Notes: generated from the letters alone by a model not told the origin. Shown: positions 8,524 to 19,747, counted from the first letter of the stretch. The stretch: 64,000 nucleotides of DNA from Bacteroidota bacterium (GCA_016718875.1 JADKBL010000005.1:26172-90171), one strand, 5' to 3'. A program made the numbers and translations.

Positions 8524-9870
8524 ATGAGAGTTCACTTTATTGCAGTAGGTGGTGCAGTGATGCATAATCTCGCAATTGCACTTCACAAAAAAGGATACAG
8601 GGTGACAGGTTCTGACGATGAAATTTATGAACCTTCAAGGTCGCGGTTGCTTAAATATGGTCTGCTTCCGGAAAAGTCAGGATGGTTTCCTGAAATGATA
8701 ACCGCAGACATTGATACAATAATCCTGGGCATGCATGCCAGGGCTGATAATCCCGAACTTTTAAAGGCAAAAGAGATAGGGTTGGAAATAAAATCTTTCC
8801 CTGAATACCTTTATGAACAGACAAAAAACAAAAAGAGAATTGTTGTTGCCGGAAGTCATGGAAAAACAACAACCACTGCAATGATCATGCACGTATTCAG
8901 GACTCTGGGCATCAGATTTGACTATATGGCAGGTTCACAGATTGATGGATTTGAAACAATGGTTGGCTTGTCGGATGATTCGGAAATCGCTGTTTTTGAA
9001 GGGGATGAATATCTGACATCACCAATTGACCGGAGACCAAAGTTCCATCTTTATATGCCGGATATTGCTATACTTAACGGAATATCATGGGATCATATGA
9101 ATGTATTTCCAACATTCGAAAACTATGTGGAACAATACAGAATTTTTATTGACAAAATAACCGAAGGAGGTTTACTTATTTATTTCGAAGGCGATCCAGA
9201 AGTGAAAAGAATAGCTGCGGAGTCAGGAAAAAATATCAGGAAAATACCATACAGTGTCCATGGATATTTTCAGAACAAAACTGGATTTTTTGCAGCAACC
9301 CATAACCGGATGGTACCGATGAAAGTTTTTGGCGAGCACAATATGCAAAACCTCTCTGCAGCAAAGGAGGCTTGTATTGCTGCAGGTGTGGATGAGGATG
9401 ATTTTTACAGAGCAATTTCAGATTTTGAAGGAACATCCAGGAGACTCCAGAAAGTCAGGGAGAATGAAAAAGGGATTATTTACCTTGATTTTGCACACTC
9501 TCCCTCCAAGGTAAAGGCAACAGTTGAGGCGATTATATCAAGATACCCTGGCAGGAATATACTTGCCTGCCTTGAACTGCACACATATTCAAGTCTGAAT
9601 ATTGATTTTCTGCCTCATTATGAAGGAACTATGTCAGGTTCAACGGCTTCATTTATTTACTTTAATCCTCATTCAATTGAAATCAAGAAACTTAAACCCG
9701 TTTCAAAAGAGGATGTAAGGGCTGCTTTCGGGGATTCAAACCTTAGGGTTTTCAATGACTCAAAGGAACTTTTTGAAACCATCAGAAATACAGGGTTAAC
9801 TGCTCCTGTTTTCCTTTTCATGAGCTCGGGGGACTTTAATGGTCATGATATTACAGAGCTTCTGGATTAA
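8524..9870 (+). CDS. mpl: UDP-N-acetylmuramate:L-alanyl-gamma-D-glutamyl-meso-diaminopimelate ligase
   Basis: MRVHFIAVGGAVMHNLA, the Mur-ligase P-loop GSHGKTTTT, and Mpl-like length and layout. Confidence 0.85.
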   Translation: MRVHFIAVGGAVMHNLAIALHKKGYRVTGSDDEIYEPSRSRLLKYGLLPEKSGWFPEMITADIDTIILGMHARADNPELLKAKEIGLEIKSFPEYLYEQTKNKKRIVVAGSHGKTTTTAMIMHVFRTLGIRFDYMAGSQIDGFETMVGLSDDSEIAVFEGDEYLTSPIDRRPKFHLYMPDIAILNGISWDHMNVFPTFENYVEQYRIFIDKITEGGLLIYFEGDPEVKRIAAESGKNIRKIPYSVHGYFQNKTGFFAATHNRMVPMKVFGEHNMQNLSAAKEACIAAGVDEDDFYRAISDFEGTSRRLQKVRENEKGIIYLDFAHSPSKVKATVEAIISRYPGRNILACLELHTYSSLNIDFLPHYEGTMSGSTASFIYFNPHSIEIKKLKPVSKEDVRAAFGDSNLRVFNDSKELFETIRNTGLTAPVFLFMSSGDFNGHDITELLD

Positions 9871-9963
9871 AAAAAACTGTATCAGGAATACATTTTTATA
9901 GAAATATTTGGCGGATTTAAAAAAACATCGTTTCTTTGCATCCGCATTTTAAAGTTCTTTGAT

Positions 9964-10035
9964 GGTCCATTCGTCTAGTGGTTAGGACGTCAGGTTTTCA
10001 TCCTGGTAACAGGGGTTCGATTCCCCTATGGACTA
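9964..10035 (+). tRNA. tRNA-Glu (anticodon TTC)
   Basis: Hand-folded cloverleaf. Acceptor ggtccat/atggact, anticodon stem tcagg/cctgg with loop ttTTCat, T-arm agggg ttcgatt cccct. Confidence 0.9.
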
Positions 10036-10071
10036 CAAATTTTTATACTGAAGAAAAATAATATAAGAAGC

Positions 10072-10326
10072 ATGGCAAACCATAAGTCATCGGAAAAAAG
10101 GATCAGGCAGACTGAAGTAAGAAAGGATAACAATAAGTATTACGCTAAAACCACGCGTAATGCACTTAAGACCCTTCGCACCACAACTAATAAGGAAGAG
10201 GCCTCAGCTCAGCTTCCAAAACTTACATCTATGCTTGACAAACTTGCCAAGAAGAATATCATTCACAAGAAAAAGGCTTCGAACCTTAAATCATCTCTTG
10301 TAAAGCACGTTAACGGATTATCGTAA
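10072..10326 (+). CDS. rpsT: 30S ribosomal protein S20
   Basis: MANHKSSEKRIRQTEVRKDNNKYYAKTTRNALKTLR is a typical S20 N-terminus. Confidence 0.95.
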   Translation: MANHKSSEKRIRQTEVRKDNNKYYAKTTRNALKTLRTTTNKEEASAQLPKLTSMLDKLAKKNIIHKKKASNLKSSLVKHVNGLS

Positions 10327-10346
10327 ACAGAATAAATTATAATAAG

Positions 10347-10383
10347 AAGGCTGTCCTGCATTTGGAGGACAGCCTTTTTTATT
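10347..10383 (+). terminator. Rho-independent terminator of rpsT
   Basis: 11-bp perfect stem aaggctgtcct / aggacagcctt, 8-nt loop, followed by a T-run. Confidence 0.8.
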
Positions 10384-10416
10384 ATATTTAAACTGCATTT
10401 CGAAAATTCGTGCTAC

Positions 10417-11101
10417 ATGTCTATTAAAATTACCGAATGGGCTGTCGAGGACAGACCCAGGGAAAAACTTATCCAGAAAGGCACATCGAGCCTTAGCGAT
10501 GCTGAACTGCTTGGTATACTTATAAGTTCCGGGACTAAAGATAAATCAGCAGTGGATTTGGGCCGAGAATTGCTGGGCCTTGTTAACAATAACCTGAACA
10601 GCCTGGGAAAACTATCAATCAGTGACCTGAAAAAACTTCATGGTATTGGCACTGCACGGGCAGTTACAATTGCAGCCGCACTTGAACTGGGGAGGCGCAG
10701 GAAACTGGCAGAGGGACCCGAAGTACCACAAATCAAATGTTCCAAAGACGTTGCAGATATTTTCCAGCCATTGCTGGCTGATCTCCTCCATGAAGAGTTC
10801 TGGATACTCTTTCTCAACAGGTCAAACCGCGTGATCAACAGGATGAAGTTAAGTCAGGGCGGAATAAGCGGCACTGTAACAGATGTCAGGATTGTTATGA
10901 AAAAATGCTATTGAATATCTGGCTTCCGGAATAATTGTCTGCCATAATCACCCATCAGGAAACCTGAATCCCAGCGAGTCAGACTCTAAGATTACACAAA
11001 AGATTAAAGAAGCTGGTAATCTTATGGATATCCAGCTGCTTGACCATCTGATAATTTCAGATAAAGACTACTACAGTTTTGCTGATAATGGTCTAATATA
11101 A
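10417..11101 (+). pseudogene. radC: RadC-like JAB-domain protein, frameshifted as assembled
   Basis: The N-part (track ORF 10417-10914) ends ..DVRIVMKKCY*. In the +1 frame the sequence continues AIEYLASGIIVCHNHPSGNLNPSESDSKITQKIKEAGNLMDIQLLDHLII, the JAMM motif. The shift falls at the A6 run 10900-10905. Confidence 0.85.
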
Positions 11102-11103
11102 TT

Positions 11104-11143
11104 GTCGTGCTGTCTTACGGTCCTGCAGTCTTGCAGTCTGAGA
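11104..11143. repeat. Five tandem degenerate octamers (GTCNTGCN)
   Basis: gtcgtgct gtcttacg gtcctgca gtcttgca gtctgaga, between convergent radC and folK. Homologous to 61815-61854 in inverted orientation. Confidence 0.6.
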
Positions 11144-11146
11144 AAG

Positions 11147-11644
11147 TCAGAGCTTTAATACAGAGGAATGATCTGAGCAGGATTCAAGCAGTGAAGAAAT
11201 CGTTTTATTAAGAACAGGATGAATGAAGCCTGGGGCTATTTCGCAAAGAGGTACAAGCACAAACCTCCGCTCATGAAGATGAGAATGAGGAATATGAAGA
11301 TGATTTTCATCAATTACCAGATCACCGAAAATAAGAATATCTATATCTATTATACGTGATGAATATTGTCTATTACCACGTATCCTGCCCATCGAAATTT
11401 CAATTTCCAGTATTGCCGATAACAAAGCCCCCGGAGAAAGTGATGTTTCAATCCCGGCCACCATATTTAAAAAACTTGTTTCTGATGAAAATCCCCAGGG
11501 TTCAGTTTCATATACAGACGATAAAGATACTGCATTGCCTGTCACCTCCTCAATCCTTCTAATTGCAACCATTAGGTTTTCTCTCCTGTTTCCAAGATTG
11601 GAACCAATGCCCAGGAAGGCTTTATTAACATTCTGTACTTCCAT
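11147..11644 (-). CDS. folK: 2-amino-4-hydroxy-6-hydroxymethyldihydropteridine diphosphokinase
   Basis: AFLGIGSNLGNRRENL, YETEPWGF, FLNMV and IDIDIL are HPPK signature blocks. Confidence 0.9.
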   Translation of the reverse strand: MEVQNVNKAFLGIGSNLGNRRENLMVAIRRIEEVTGNAVSLSSVYETEPWGFSSETSFLNMVAGIETSLSPGALLSAILEIEISMGRIRGNRQYSSRIIDIDILIFGDLVIDENHLHIPHSHLHERRFVLVPLCEIAPGFIHPVLNKTISSLLESCSDHSSVLKL

Positions 11645-11730
11645 TTTTCAAAAGTATTAAATACATATGTACCTTTACAGAATCATTCACTTTTTTATAT
11701 ATTTAAAACCAATAAATAAACCTGCAATAC

Positions 11731-13500
11731 ATGAAAGATTTTTTTAAGTATACGCTTGCTACTATCACAGGCATTATTCTTGCTTCAATTATCTTTTTCA
11801 TAATACTGATAGCAGCCCTGAGTGCCATTGTTGCATCAGGTGACAAACCAGTTACAGTAAGTGAAAACTCAGTCCTGGTACTTAATGCCGGGATTATGAT
11901 CCCCGACAGGGGTACTGAAAATCCATTAGCAGGTCTCGATTTCACTGATATGTCATTTAATCCGACGCCCGGACTGAATGAAATTCTCCGTAACATACGC
12001 AAAGCCTCAGCAGATAGTAAAATAAAAGGCATTCTGATTGAAAATGGCCTGATCCCTTCAGGTTGGGCCACAACCGGTGAAATACGTGAAGCATTACTGG
12101 AATTCAGGGATTCAGGAAAATTCGTTATATCTTACACGGACTACCTGCTGACACAACAGTGCTATTACCTCTCAACAGCTGCAGACAAAATCTATGTCAA
12201 CCCTGATGCAATGGTTGAATTCAAAGGCCTTTCCAGCGAGGTCATCTTCTTCAAGAATGCCCTAGAAAAACTGGGAATTGAGGTTCAGGTTACTCGCCAT
12301 GGAAAATTTAAAGGGGCAGTCGAACCTTTTATCCTCGACAAACTCAGTGAGGAAAACAAAGAACAGATCAAAGATTATACGGGTTCAATCTGGAAGCATG
12401 TTATTGAGACAATTTCCGAAGCTAGGGGTATTCCGGTTGAAAAACTCTCAACTCTTGCCGATAATCTTGCCGGTAATATAGCTGCCAGTGCATGGGACAA
12501 TAATCTGGTAGATGGCCTCTTGTTCAGGGATCAGATGATCGATACTCTTAAAACACTTGCTGGCGTTGAAAAAGACAAGGACCTCAAACTTGTATCTATG
12601 ACAAAGTATGGAAAGGTTCATGATCCCGCCACTGTCTTTTCAACAAAAAACAGGATCTCTGTAATATATGCTGAAGGGAATATAGTAATGGATAAGGGAA
12701 ATGAGACAAATATCGGAGGCAGGCATTACGCAGAAGTTATAAGAAAAGAGAGGCTGGACACAGCAGTAAAAGCAATTGTGCTGAGAGTTAACTCACCCGG
12801 AGGAAATGCAATTGCATCAGATGAAATATGGAGGGAAATTACCCTTGCAAAAAAGACTAAACCTGTTGTAATTTCAATGGGTAATTATGCAGCATCAGGA
12901 GGTTATTATATCTCATGCCCAGCTACAAAAATATATGCAAGCCCGGTAACCATTTCAGGATCTATAGGTGTATTCGGACTCCTTCCAAATGCTGGTAAGC
13001 TTATGGAAAAGAAGCTCGGACTAAATACTGAAACTGTTAACACCAACATGAATTCCGATTTTCCATCGGTATTCAGGCCTATGAACACCTATGAAAAAGA
13101 GGTAATGCAGTTAAGTATTGAAAAGATCTACAGTGAATTTGTTGATAAAGTGGCTAGCGGAAGAGAAATGACTTATACAGAAGTTGATAATATAGGCCAG
13201 GGAAGAGTATGGAGCGGCTCCGGAGCAATGAAAATCGGTCTCGTTGATGAAATCGGAGGACTAAAGGATGCCATAAAGGGAGCTGCCGAACTTGCATCCA
13301 TAGATAAATACAAAGTAAAAGAATTACCTGAACTGGAAGATCCCTACACACGCTTACTGACACAGCTTAGCGGGGATGTCAGGATGAGTATTCTCAAAAA
13401 GGAACTGGGAGAAGCAATGGTATACTACAAGAGGTTAATAGAACTTAAAGAACTTTCAGGGATACAGGCAAGACTTCCATATTTTATTGATATCCGTTAA
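11731..13500 (+). CDS. sppA: Signal peptide peptidase SppA, 67K type
   Basis: N-terminal TM helix, duplicated ClpP/crotonase-like halves, and SMGNYAASGGYYIS with GSIGV. Confidence 0.9.
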   Translation: MKDFFKYTLATITGIILASIIFFIILIAALSAIVASGDKPVTVSENSVLVLNAGIMIPDRGTENPLAGLDFTDMSFNPTPGLNEILRNIRKASADSKIKGILIENGLIPSGWATTGEIREALLEFRDSGKFVISYTDYLLTQQCYYLSTAADKIYVNPDAMVEFKGLSSEVIFFKNALEKLGIEVQVTRHGKFKGAVEPFILDKLSEENKEQIKDYTGSIWKHVIETISEARGIPVEKLSTLADNLAGNIAASAWDNNLVDGLLFRDQMIDTLKTLAGVEKDKDLKLVSMTKYGKVHDPATVFSTKNRISVIYAEGNIVMDKGNETNIGGRHYAEVIRKERLDTAVKAIVLRVNSPGGNAIASDEIWREITLAKKTKPVVISMGNYAASGGYYISCPATKIYASPVTISGSIGVFGLLPNAGKLMEKKLGLNTETVNTNMNSDFPSVFRPMNTYEKEVMQLSIEKIYSEFVDKVASGREMTYTEVDNIGQGRVWSGSGAMKIGLVDEIGGLKDAIKGAAELASIDKYKVKELPELEDPYTRLLTQLSGDVRMSILKKELGEAMVYYKRLIELKELSGIQARLPYFIDIR

Positions 13501-13503
13501 ATT

Positions 13504-14601
13504 ATGGGAAACAGCAGGATACTTCTTTATCCGGTTTCGGTTATATACGGACTGATAACCAGTTTAAGGAATTTCCTGTACAATACAGGGATCCTGCCTG
13601 CTGTTGAATTCAGCATTCCTGTAATCTGCGTTGGAAATATTACAGTCGGAGGAACAGGCAAAACTCCGCATACCGAATATCTTTCGGACCTTCTCAGAAA
13701 ACAGTTCAGAGTAGCCGTTCTGAGCAGAGGGTATAAAAGAAAATCAGTCGGGTTCAGAATAGTTACGCCTGATTCACTTGTATCAGATACAGGTGATGAA
13801 CCGTTACAGATATCCCGCAAATTTCCCGATGTACTGGTAGTTGTCGACAGGAACAGGGTTAACGGAGTCCGAAAAATCCTTGAGATACAACCTGAAACTG
13901 AAGTAATAATACTTGACGATGGATTTCAGCACAGGCGAATTACTCCCGGATTTTCAATCCTTTTATCCGATTTCGAACGACTTATTATCAGGGATCACAT
14001 GCTACCATACGGCAACCTGAGAGAGAGCATTTCAAATATAAGAAGGGCAGATATTATTCTGGTTACAAAAACTCCGGCTGACATAAGCCCAATTAATCGC
14101 AGACTAGTTGTTAAAGAAATAAATAAGGCTCCTTATCAGAATCTGTACTTCACCTCCATTAAGTATAACACTCCTGCCCCCCTTTTCCCTAAAACTGAAC
14201 CCTCAAATACAAATCCTGACCTAACTAAACTTTACGGAGCTGGTATTGTCCTTGTTACAGGTATTGCTAATCCATTACCGCTTAAAGATCTGATCGATTC
14301 AACAGCAGGAGAGGTGATCCACCTTCACTATCCTGATCATTACAACTTCAGGGAAAAAGACCTGCAATCAATTTATGAGGCTTTCAACAGACTTCAATCA
14401 CCTGTAAAGTATGTGATCACTACTGAGAAAGATTCTGTCAGGTTGAAGGAATTTAGTAATATTGCAGAGCCAATTAAGTCGGCAATGTTTTATATACCTG
14501 TCGGAATTTATTTTTTGAATGATGACAGTAATGAGTTTGATAATCTGATCATTGAATATGTTAGAAAAAATAAGCGAAACAACAGAATTTCTGAGATCTG
14601 A
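13504..14601 (+). CDS. lpxK: Tetraacyldisaccharide 4'-kinase
   Basis: VICVGNITVGGTGKTP P-loop and LSRGYKRK. Confidence 0.9.
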   Translation: MGNSRILLYPVSVIYGLITSLRNFLYNTGILPAVEFSIPVICVGNITVGGTGKTPHTEYLSDLLRKQFRVAVLSRGYKRKSVGFRIVTPDSLVSDTGDEPLQISRKFPDVLVVVDRNRVNGVRKILEIQPETEVIILDDGFQHRRITPGFSILLSDFERLIIRDHMLPYGNLRESISNIRRADIILVTKTPADISPINRRLVVKEINKAPYQNLYFTSIKYNTPAPLFPKTEPSNTNPDLTKLYGAGIVLVTGIANPLPLKDLIDSTAGEVIHLHYPDHYNFREKDLQSIYEAFNRLQSPVKYVITTEKDSVRLKEFSNIAEPIKSAMFYIPVGIYFLNDDSNEFDNLIIEYVRKNKRNNRISEI

Positions 14602-15367
14602 GGGATTTATTGATCCCGTTGCCGGTATAATACTTGGAACCGGCCTTGGCGGACTCACAGCAAAAATGGTTAACAGGAAAGAAATTGACTACAGGAATAT
14701 TCCCAATTTCCCCGTGTCTACCGTGGAAGGTCATGAAGGCAAGCTTATATTCGGTGAATTCGGCGGCAGAAAAATAGTCGTCATGAAGGGACGTTTTCAT
14801 TACTACGAAGGTTATGGCCCGGAACAGGTTTCATTTGCAGTAAGGGTTCTGAAATATCTTGGAATAAAATGCCTCTTCCTATCAAATGCTGCGGGAGGTG
14901 TAAATCCTGATTTCCAGATAGGCGATATTATGGTTATTACTGACCATATCAACCTTCTGCCAAATCCTTTGGTCGGTCAGAATGACGAAAGAATTGGCGT
15001 AAGATTTCCCGACATGGGTGAAGCATATGACAGGTATCTGATAAAGAAAGCCCTTCTTATTGCAGCTGAGCACCATATGAGAATCAGGAAGGGAGTTTAC
15101 CTGGCCACCAGCGGCCCTACATTTGAAACTCCTGCAGAGTACAAATATTTCAGGATAATAGGGGCAGATGCTGTTGGAATGTCGACAACTCCTGAGGTAA
15201 TTGTTGCCCGTCATATGGGACTACCTTGCTTTGCAGTAAGTGTAATAACCGATCTCGGAGTGGAAGGAAAGATAGCATACACGACTCACGAATCTGTCCA
15301 GCATGAAGCTGAAAAGACAGAATCGAATATGACAATAATTATGACTGAACTGATAAATTCATTATAA
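14558..15367 (+). CDS. Purine nucleoside phosphorylase (trimeric inosine/guanosine type)
   Basis: GIILGTGLGG, VEGHEGKL, GRFHYYEG, GPTFETPAE and GADAVGMST. Overlaps the lpxK 3' end by about 44 nt. Confidence 0.9.
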   Translation: MLEKISETTEFLRSEGFIDPVAGIILGTGLGGLTAKMVNRKEIDYRNIPNFPVSTVEGHEGKLIFGEFGGRKIVVMKGRFHYYEGYGPEQVSFAVRVLKYLGIKCLFLSNAAGGVNPDFQIGDIMVITDHINLLPNPLVGQNDERIGVRFPDMGEAYDRYLIKKALLIAAEHHMRIRKGVYLATSGPTFETPAEYKYFRIIGADAVGMSTTPEVIVARHMGLPCFAVSVITDLGVEGKIAYTTHESVQHEAEKTESNMTIIMTELINSL

Positions 15368-15373
15368 TTTTTT

Positions 15374-15401
15374 ACCCCTAAATCCCCCAAGGGGGACTTT
15401 T
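15374..15401. repeat. GC-rich palindromic element (member of the CACCCCTAAATCCC.. family), probable terminator
   Basis: acccctaaatcccccaagggggactttt. The stem is tccccc/ggggga. It sits between the convergent PNP and LTD genes. Confidence 0.5.
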
Positions 15402-15440
15402 AAATAGCTGATGTTTTGAGCCTCCATGGCGGATTGGGAG

Positions 15441-18400
15441 TCATCTTAATACTGTACAAACTTTCTTCAATCTCACTGTTCTACCTTTGTCATCAAATAG
15501 ATTAATGAGGATTATATAAATCCCCGATCTGACGGGTGTCCCATCATCTGCAGTTCCATCCCATACCATTGATACCTCACTTCCTGCAAGCAGATTTGAA
15601 GCTACTTTCCTGATTAGTCCCCCGGTTTCATCAAATATTGAAACAGATAAAACATTACCGCTTCCTCCGGGTTTTATAATGATTGTCAGAAGATCCTCAT
15701 AACCATCATTATCAGGAGTGATCTTTGTCGATGAAAAAACAAGAAATTCATCTTCACCAGATGTTTCAGAAATGACAGAATTAGGACCTCCCGGGGTACC
15801 CCAGCCGGAAATTTCGGTTGCCGAATGCCAGTTTACAGCCTGGTCTGACGGATTGCATTTTATTGTTTTTTCAAGAGATATGCCTTCAAAGCCTGAAAGG
15901 ATGGAATAATGCATCGCTTCATTGTATGACATCTTATCAATCAGGTCCAGCTCATTGTTCAGGAGAAGAATATTTCCATCATCATCAGGCATTGACGGCA
16001 AAGATGGTACTTCAAATATCCTGTCGGAAGATGATGAAGAATACCGGTCAATCAATCTCTCCCGGTCAGTGGTAATTGTGTAATAAGTACCTGGCAGAAT
16101 ACATCGTCTTGTCATCGACAATTGAACAAGCTCACTTGTGTCAGAGGTGAGAGGATTTACGCCTGCAAGCATAAGCATTGACGCATCAATGACCTTTTCC
16201 GAACAATTGAAAAATTCAATATAATCAGGATCTCCAGGAAAAGGATTAAAGAGAAGTTCGTTAAAAGAGACATCGCCTACTGACGGTGGTTCCGCAAGTC
16301 CGAAAGTAAATTCAGAGTCTGTTGCAGAGTTACCCGCAAAATCAGTCATAGTTTCAGGCAGTTCCAGCTTGTAAAGGTTTTCTATCTCCATATCTGCTGA
16401 AAGCCTGATAACAAATTCCCTGAACAGAGGATCCGATGCTGAATAGCTTTCTATAACCGGCCCTCCTTCAATCTTAGAACTGCCAATTTTGGTAAAGTCT
16501 TTTACAGGTTCAGAAAACCTGATAGTAAGAGACTTGCTGTCTCCAGGAAAAAGATTCACTATCCCTTTAAAATAATTGTCTTTGTTGGCAGCCGAAACCG
16601 AGTTAGTAGTTCCGGGTGTTCCCCCTTTCCTTGATACTGATGACTTCCAGTTACCCTCATAAAAAAACGGGAATGCCTCATCTATTATCTCAAGTGACCA
16701 GCCTCCCTGCGATTTAAGATCACTCGCATACCAGTCATCAGAATATTCAACTCCATGCATCAGCATTCCGGAGCTATCATAAAGACAGAGCAGCTTGCCC
16801 TCATCAGTCAGAGAAGGAAATTGCCTGAGCCCTGTTACCATTCCAAAATCCTTAAATAATAAGGTATCCTGTACAGAAGTTAATATTCGTATCTCCCCAG
16901 GCGCCATAATGAAAGATGGCAGAGCAACAATCTGTTCTCCTGCAACAAGTCTCCAGTTGTTAAGATTGAGAGAAAATGAACTCCTGTTTTTTATCTCAAA
17001 ATACTCACCGGAGGGCAGTGATACTGAGGGAGCCGGATCAGCCATTATTTCTGTCAGAATTATATCTCCTGTTTCAGCCCATACAGGTGTAAATTTTATA
17101 GTAGTGTCATTCCGGCAATTTTCAGATTTATCACATAACTGCGTGATTGTCAATATATTTAACTCTTTATTAATGAGTTCTTTAGCAAATGTAATTCTGA
17201 ATAAAAAGTTATTCCGATTTATAACTGAAACCGGTTTATTTATTTCATCATTCAATGAAAAATTAATTACAGAAAGAAAATCAGGTTTTGGATCCTCACT
17301 AAGTTTTATTTCAACAGAATTCTTTCCTGAACCAACACAATCCTTGATGATCGGAGCTTCCAGATCTTTATTAAAATTCAAAGCACCCGGGGTACCCCAC
17401 CCCATACTCTCGGATTCAGAATACCAGCTAAGGGCTTCTTCAGATAAGTTCTGCGGATTATCCTTTGCAAGAGCAACGCCTTCATTATCTGGCAATAACG
17501 CATTATGCAAGCTGTCATTGTAAAAGACCTCATCAATCTTATCCAGCTCCATGTTATAGAGTATCAGATGTCCGACGGCATCCGGCATTGAAGGAAGATT
17601 TGCAATTTCAAAAAGATGATCCGGATCTCCTGATTTGTATCTGTCATATATTTTTTTTCTGTCAGTAGTTATAGCATAGTATGATCCCGGCATAATGCAT
17701 CGCTTATCTGGGGAAACATTAATTGGTTGAGAAGGCTCTCCAGAATCTTCATTAACAGAAACAATCTGAAGCCGTGAAGCATCGATTATTTTATCTGACT
17801 TGTTATAAAACTCAACATAATCAGGATCACCCGGCAATGGATTAAAGAGAAGCTCGTTAAACAAAATATCCTTAGAGTGGGATGGTTCTGTTATCCCGAA
17901 TTCAAAATTTCCTGTTTGAATCCGGTTGTAGGCAAAATCTCTGATATTATCCGAAACCAAAAAATTATAAATCTTCTTCCTGATCAAAGGAGATGTGGTT
18001 CTCGCAGCAAACTCCCTGAATAACGGATCAATTGGCAGAATTTCAATAACTTCAAGATCATCTATCCCAACATCGCGGATTGCATTCGAAAGATTGATTA
18101 CCGGTTCTGAAAATCTTACAATAATTTTACTGCTGTCATCCGGGAAAACATTCAGGATCCCGTAAAATGAAGTATCCGGATTGTCAGAAGAGACAGAATT
18201 GATCAATCCGGGGCTTCCCCCATTTCTGGAACATGATGCAATCCAATTCCCTTCATCATAGAACGGAAACTTTGTATCTTTCATCTCAAGCGACCAGCCA
18301 CCTCCCGATTTTAATAAATCACCATACCAGTCAGAAGAGTATTCAACACCATGTATCAGAGTACCCAGACTGTCAGTGAGCCAAACTGCTTTTCCTACAT

Positions 18401-19655
18401 CGGTAAGAGATGGAAATTGTTTTAAGCCTGTGACCTTCCCATATTTTGAAAACAAAATCGTATCCTGTAATAAACATATAATTCTTCTTTCCAAAGGCAA
18501 CAAAACTACCTCCGGGAAGAGGATATTCTGATCTTCAGATGAAAGTTTCCAGTTTTTCAGATTAATTGAATATCCTGTCCTGTTAGTAATTTCCAGATAT
18601 TCTTTCGTAGGAAGTGAAACTGATGGAAAAGGATCTGCCATTATTTCCGAGATTATCACATCTCCTGTTTCAGCCCATACCGGTGTAAAAGTTATGGCTG
18701 TGTCATTCAGGCAATTACCTGCTTTATCACATATTCGCCGGATTGTAATGGTATTTATGTTCTTGTTTTTAAACTCATTAGCAAATTCAAGTTTAAATGA
18801 CAAGCCCCCTTTCCGGCTAACAGTAAAAGGATTATCCGATAATGTTTCCATATAGAAATTATCAGCAGCAGTAAACTTATCGTCAGGTTCTTCACTTAGA
18901 GTAAACTCAATTGATTTTCTCCCGCACACTGTGTAACCTGTTACCGCCGGAGGAGATGTATCCTCATAGAACACACCATTAATCATTATATCATCGATCC
19001 ACAACAGGCGATCACGTGTGGAGGAGTACCGGTAATATATCCCAAACCAGGAAGGTTTAATAATTCAGGATCATAACCTGAGGACATTCTGATAAGGCTA
19101 TTATCCAATCGTAAGATCTTTATTTTCCAATGCCCTTCTTTATCTCTCTCCACAACGATTTTAACCGGTTTAACAGTTCCAATTTCGGTTTGCCAGTTAA
19201 CTGCACAGTTAACGACAACCGAAAGGGTGTTGCCTTTTACTCTCCAGAGTCTCAAAGTATCATCAAAGCCAGTCAGATTAACACCCAAAGAAAAACCATT
19301 TGTATTGCCATCAGCCGACATAACAGCAGGTGAAACATCAGACATCAGGAATACCGACCAGTTATTTGAGGAAGAAGGATCATATCCATGCCTTACTAAC
19401 AAATGACCAGGCAGTGATCCCTTCATCTGCATGAAGATTTATTAACGGGATCCCAATCCTGTCAGTTCCTGCATCTGTATTATCAAATGAATGATGTAAT
19501 GAGAACCTACCGGAGATGGCTCCGGCAGAATCGGCTGACCATCTTGCCGGTATAGCCTGTACCCATTTATCTGACAATCCGTTTTCGAAATTATCAGATA
19601 CCTGACCTGCTGCCATATATGGCAACAGCATCAACAGCAAAATAACTTTTTTCAT
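15441..19655 (-). pseudogene. Giant secreted surface protein with four lamin-tail-like (LTD) domains and a T9SS-type C-terminal sorting domain. Split into three ORFs by two frame changes as assembled.
   Basis: The signal peptide MKKVILLLMLLPYMAAGQ is at 19655. ORFs 19380-19655, 18986-19432 and 15441-19004 are contiguous in sense, for example ..GFGIYYRYSSTRDRLLWIDDI.. across the second junction. LTD-like blocks are IISEIMADP..EYLEITN and LFNELLFNP..DYVEFYN. The C-terminus is ITPDNDGYED..WDGTADDGTPVRSGIYII. Confidence 0.7.
15768..18959 (-). repeat. Intragenic tandem duplication: two diverged ~1596-nt (532-aa) modules
   Basis: TPVWAETGD occurs at codons starting 18686 and 17090, exactly 1596 nt apart. 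The flanking sequence is collinear by eye over the whole module. Confidence 0.8.
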
Positions 19656-19747
19656 GCAGCGGGACGAATAGAAAAAAAAGCTAATTTTGACGCTCTTAAC
19701 AATTAAGTAAATTTAATAAAACTATTAAATCCAAACAAATTACTATC

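Noticed and set aside
11104-11143. CRISPR-like array, considered for the short tandem repeats here and at 57747, 60884, 61815 and 61952
   Set aside because: The units are only 6-8 nt, directly abutting with no spacers. The arrays are under 60 nt and no cas genes are present.
16795-17523. 242-aa plus-strand ORF and several other long antisense ORFs: 11703-12071, 21164-21852, 48566-49045, 49317-49751, 54075-54569 and 60601-61011
   Set aside because: All lie fully inside well-supported genes on the opposite strand, have low-complexity or odd composition and carry no recognisable motifs. They are shadow ORFs.
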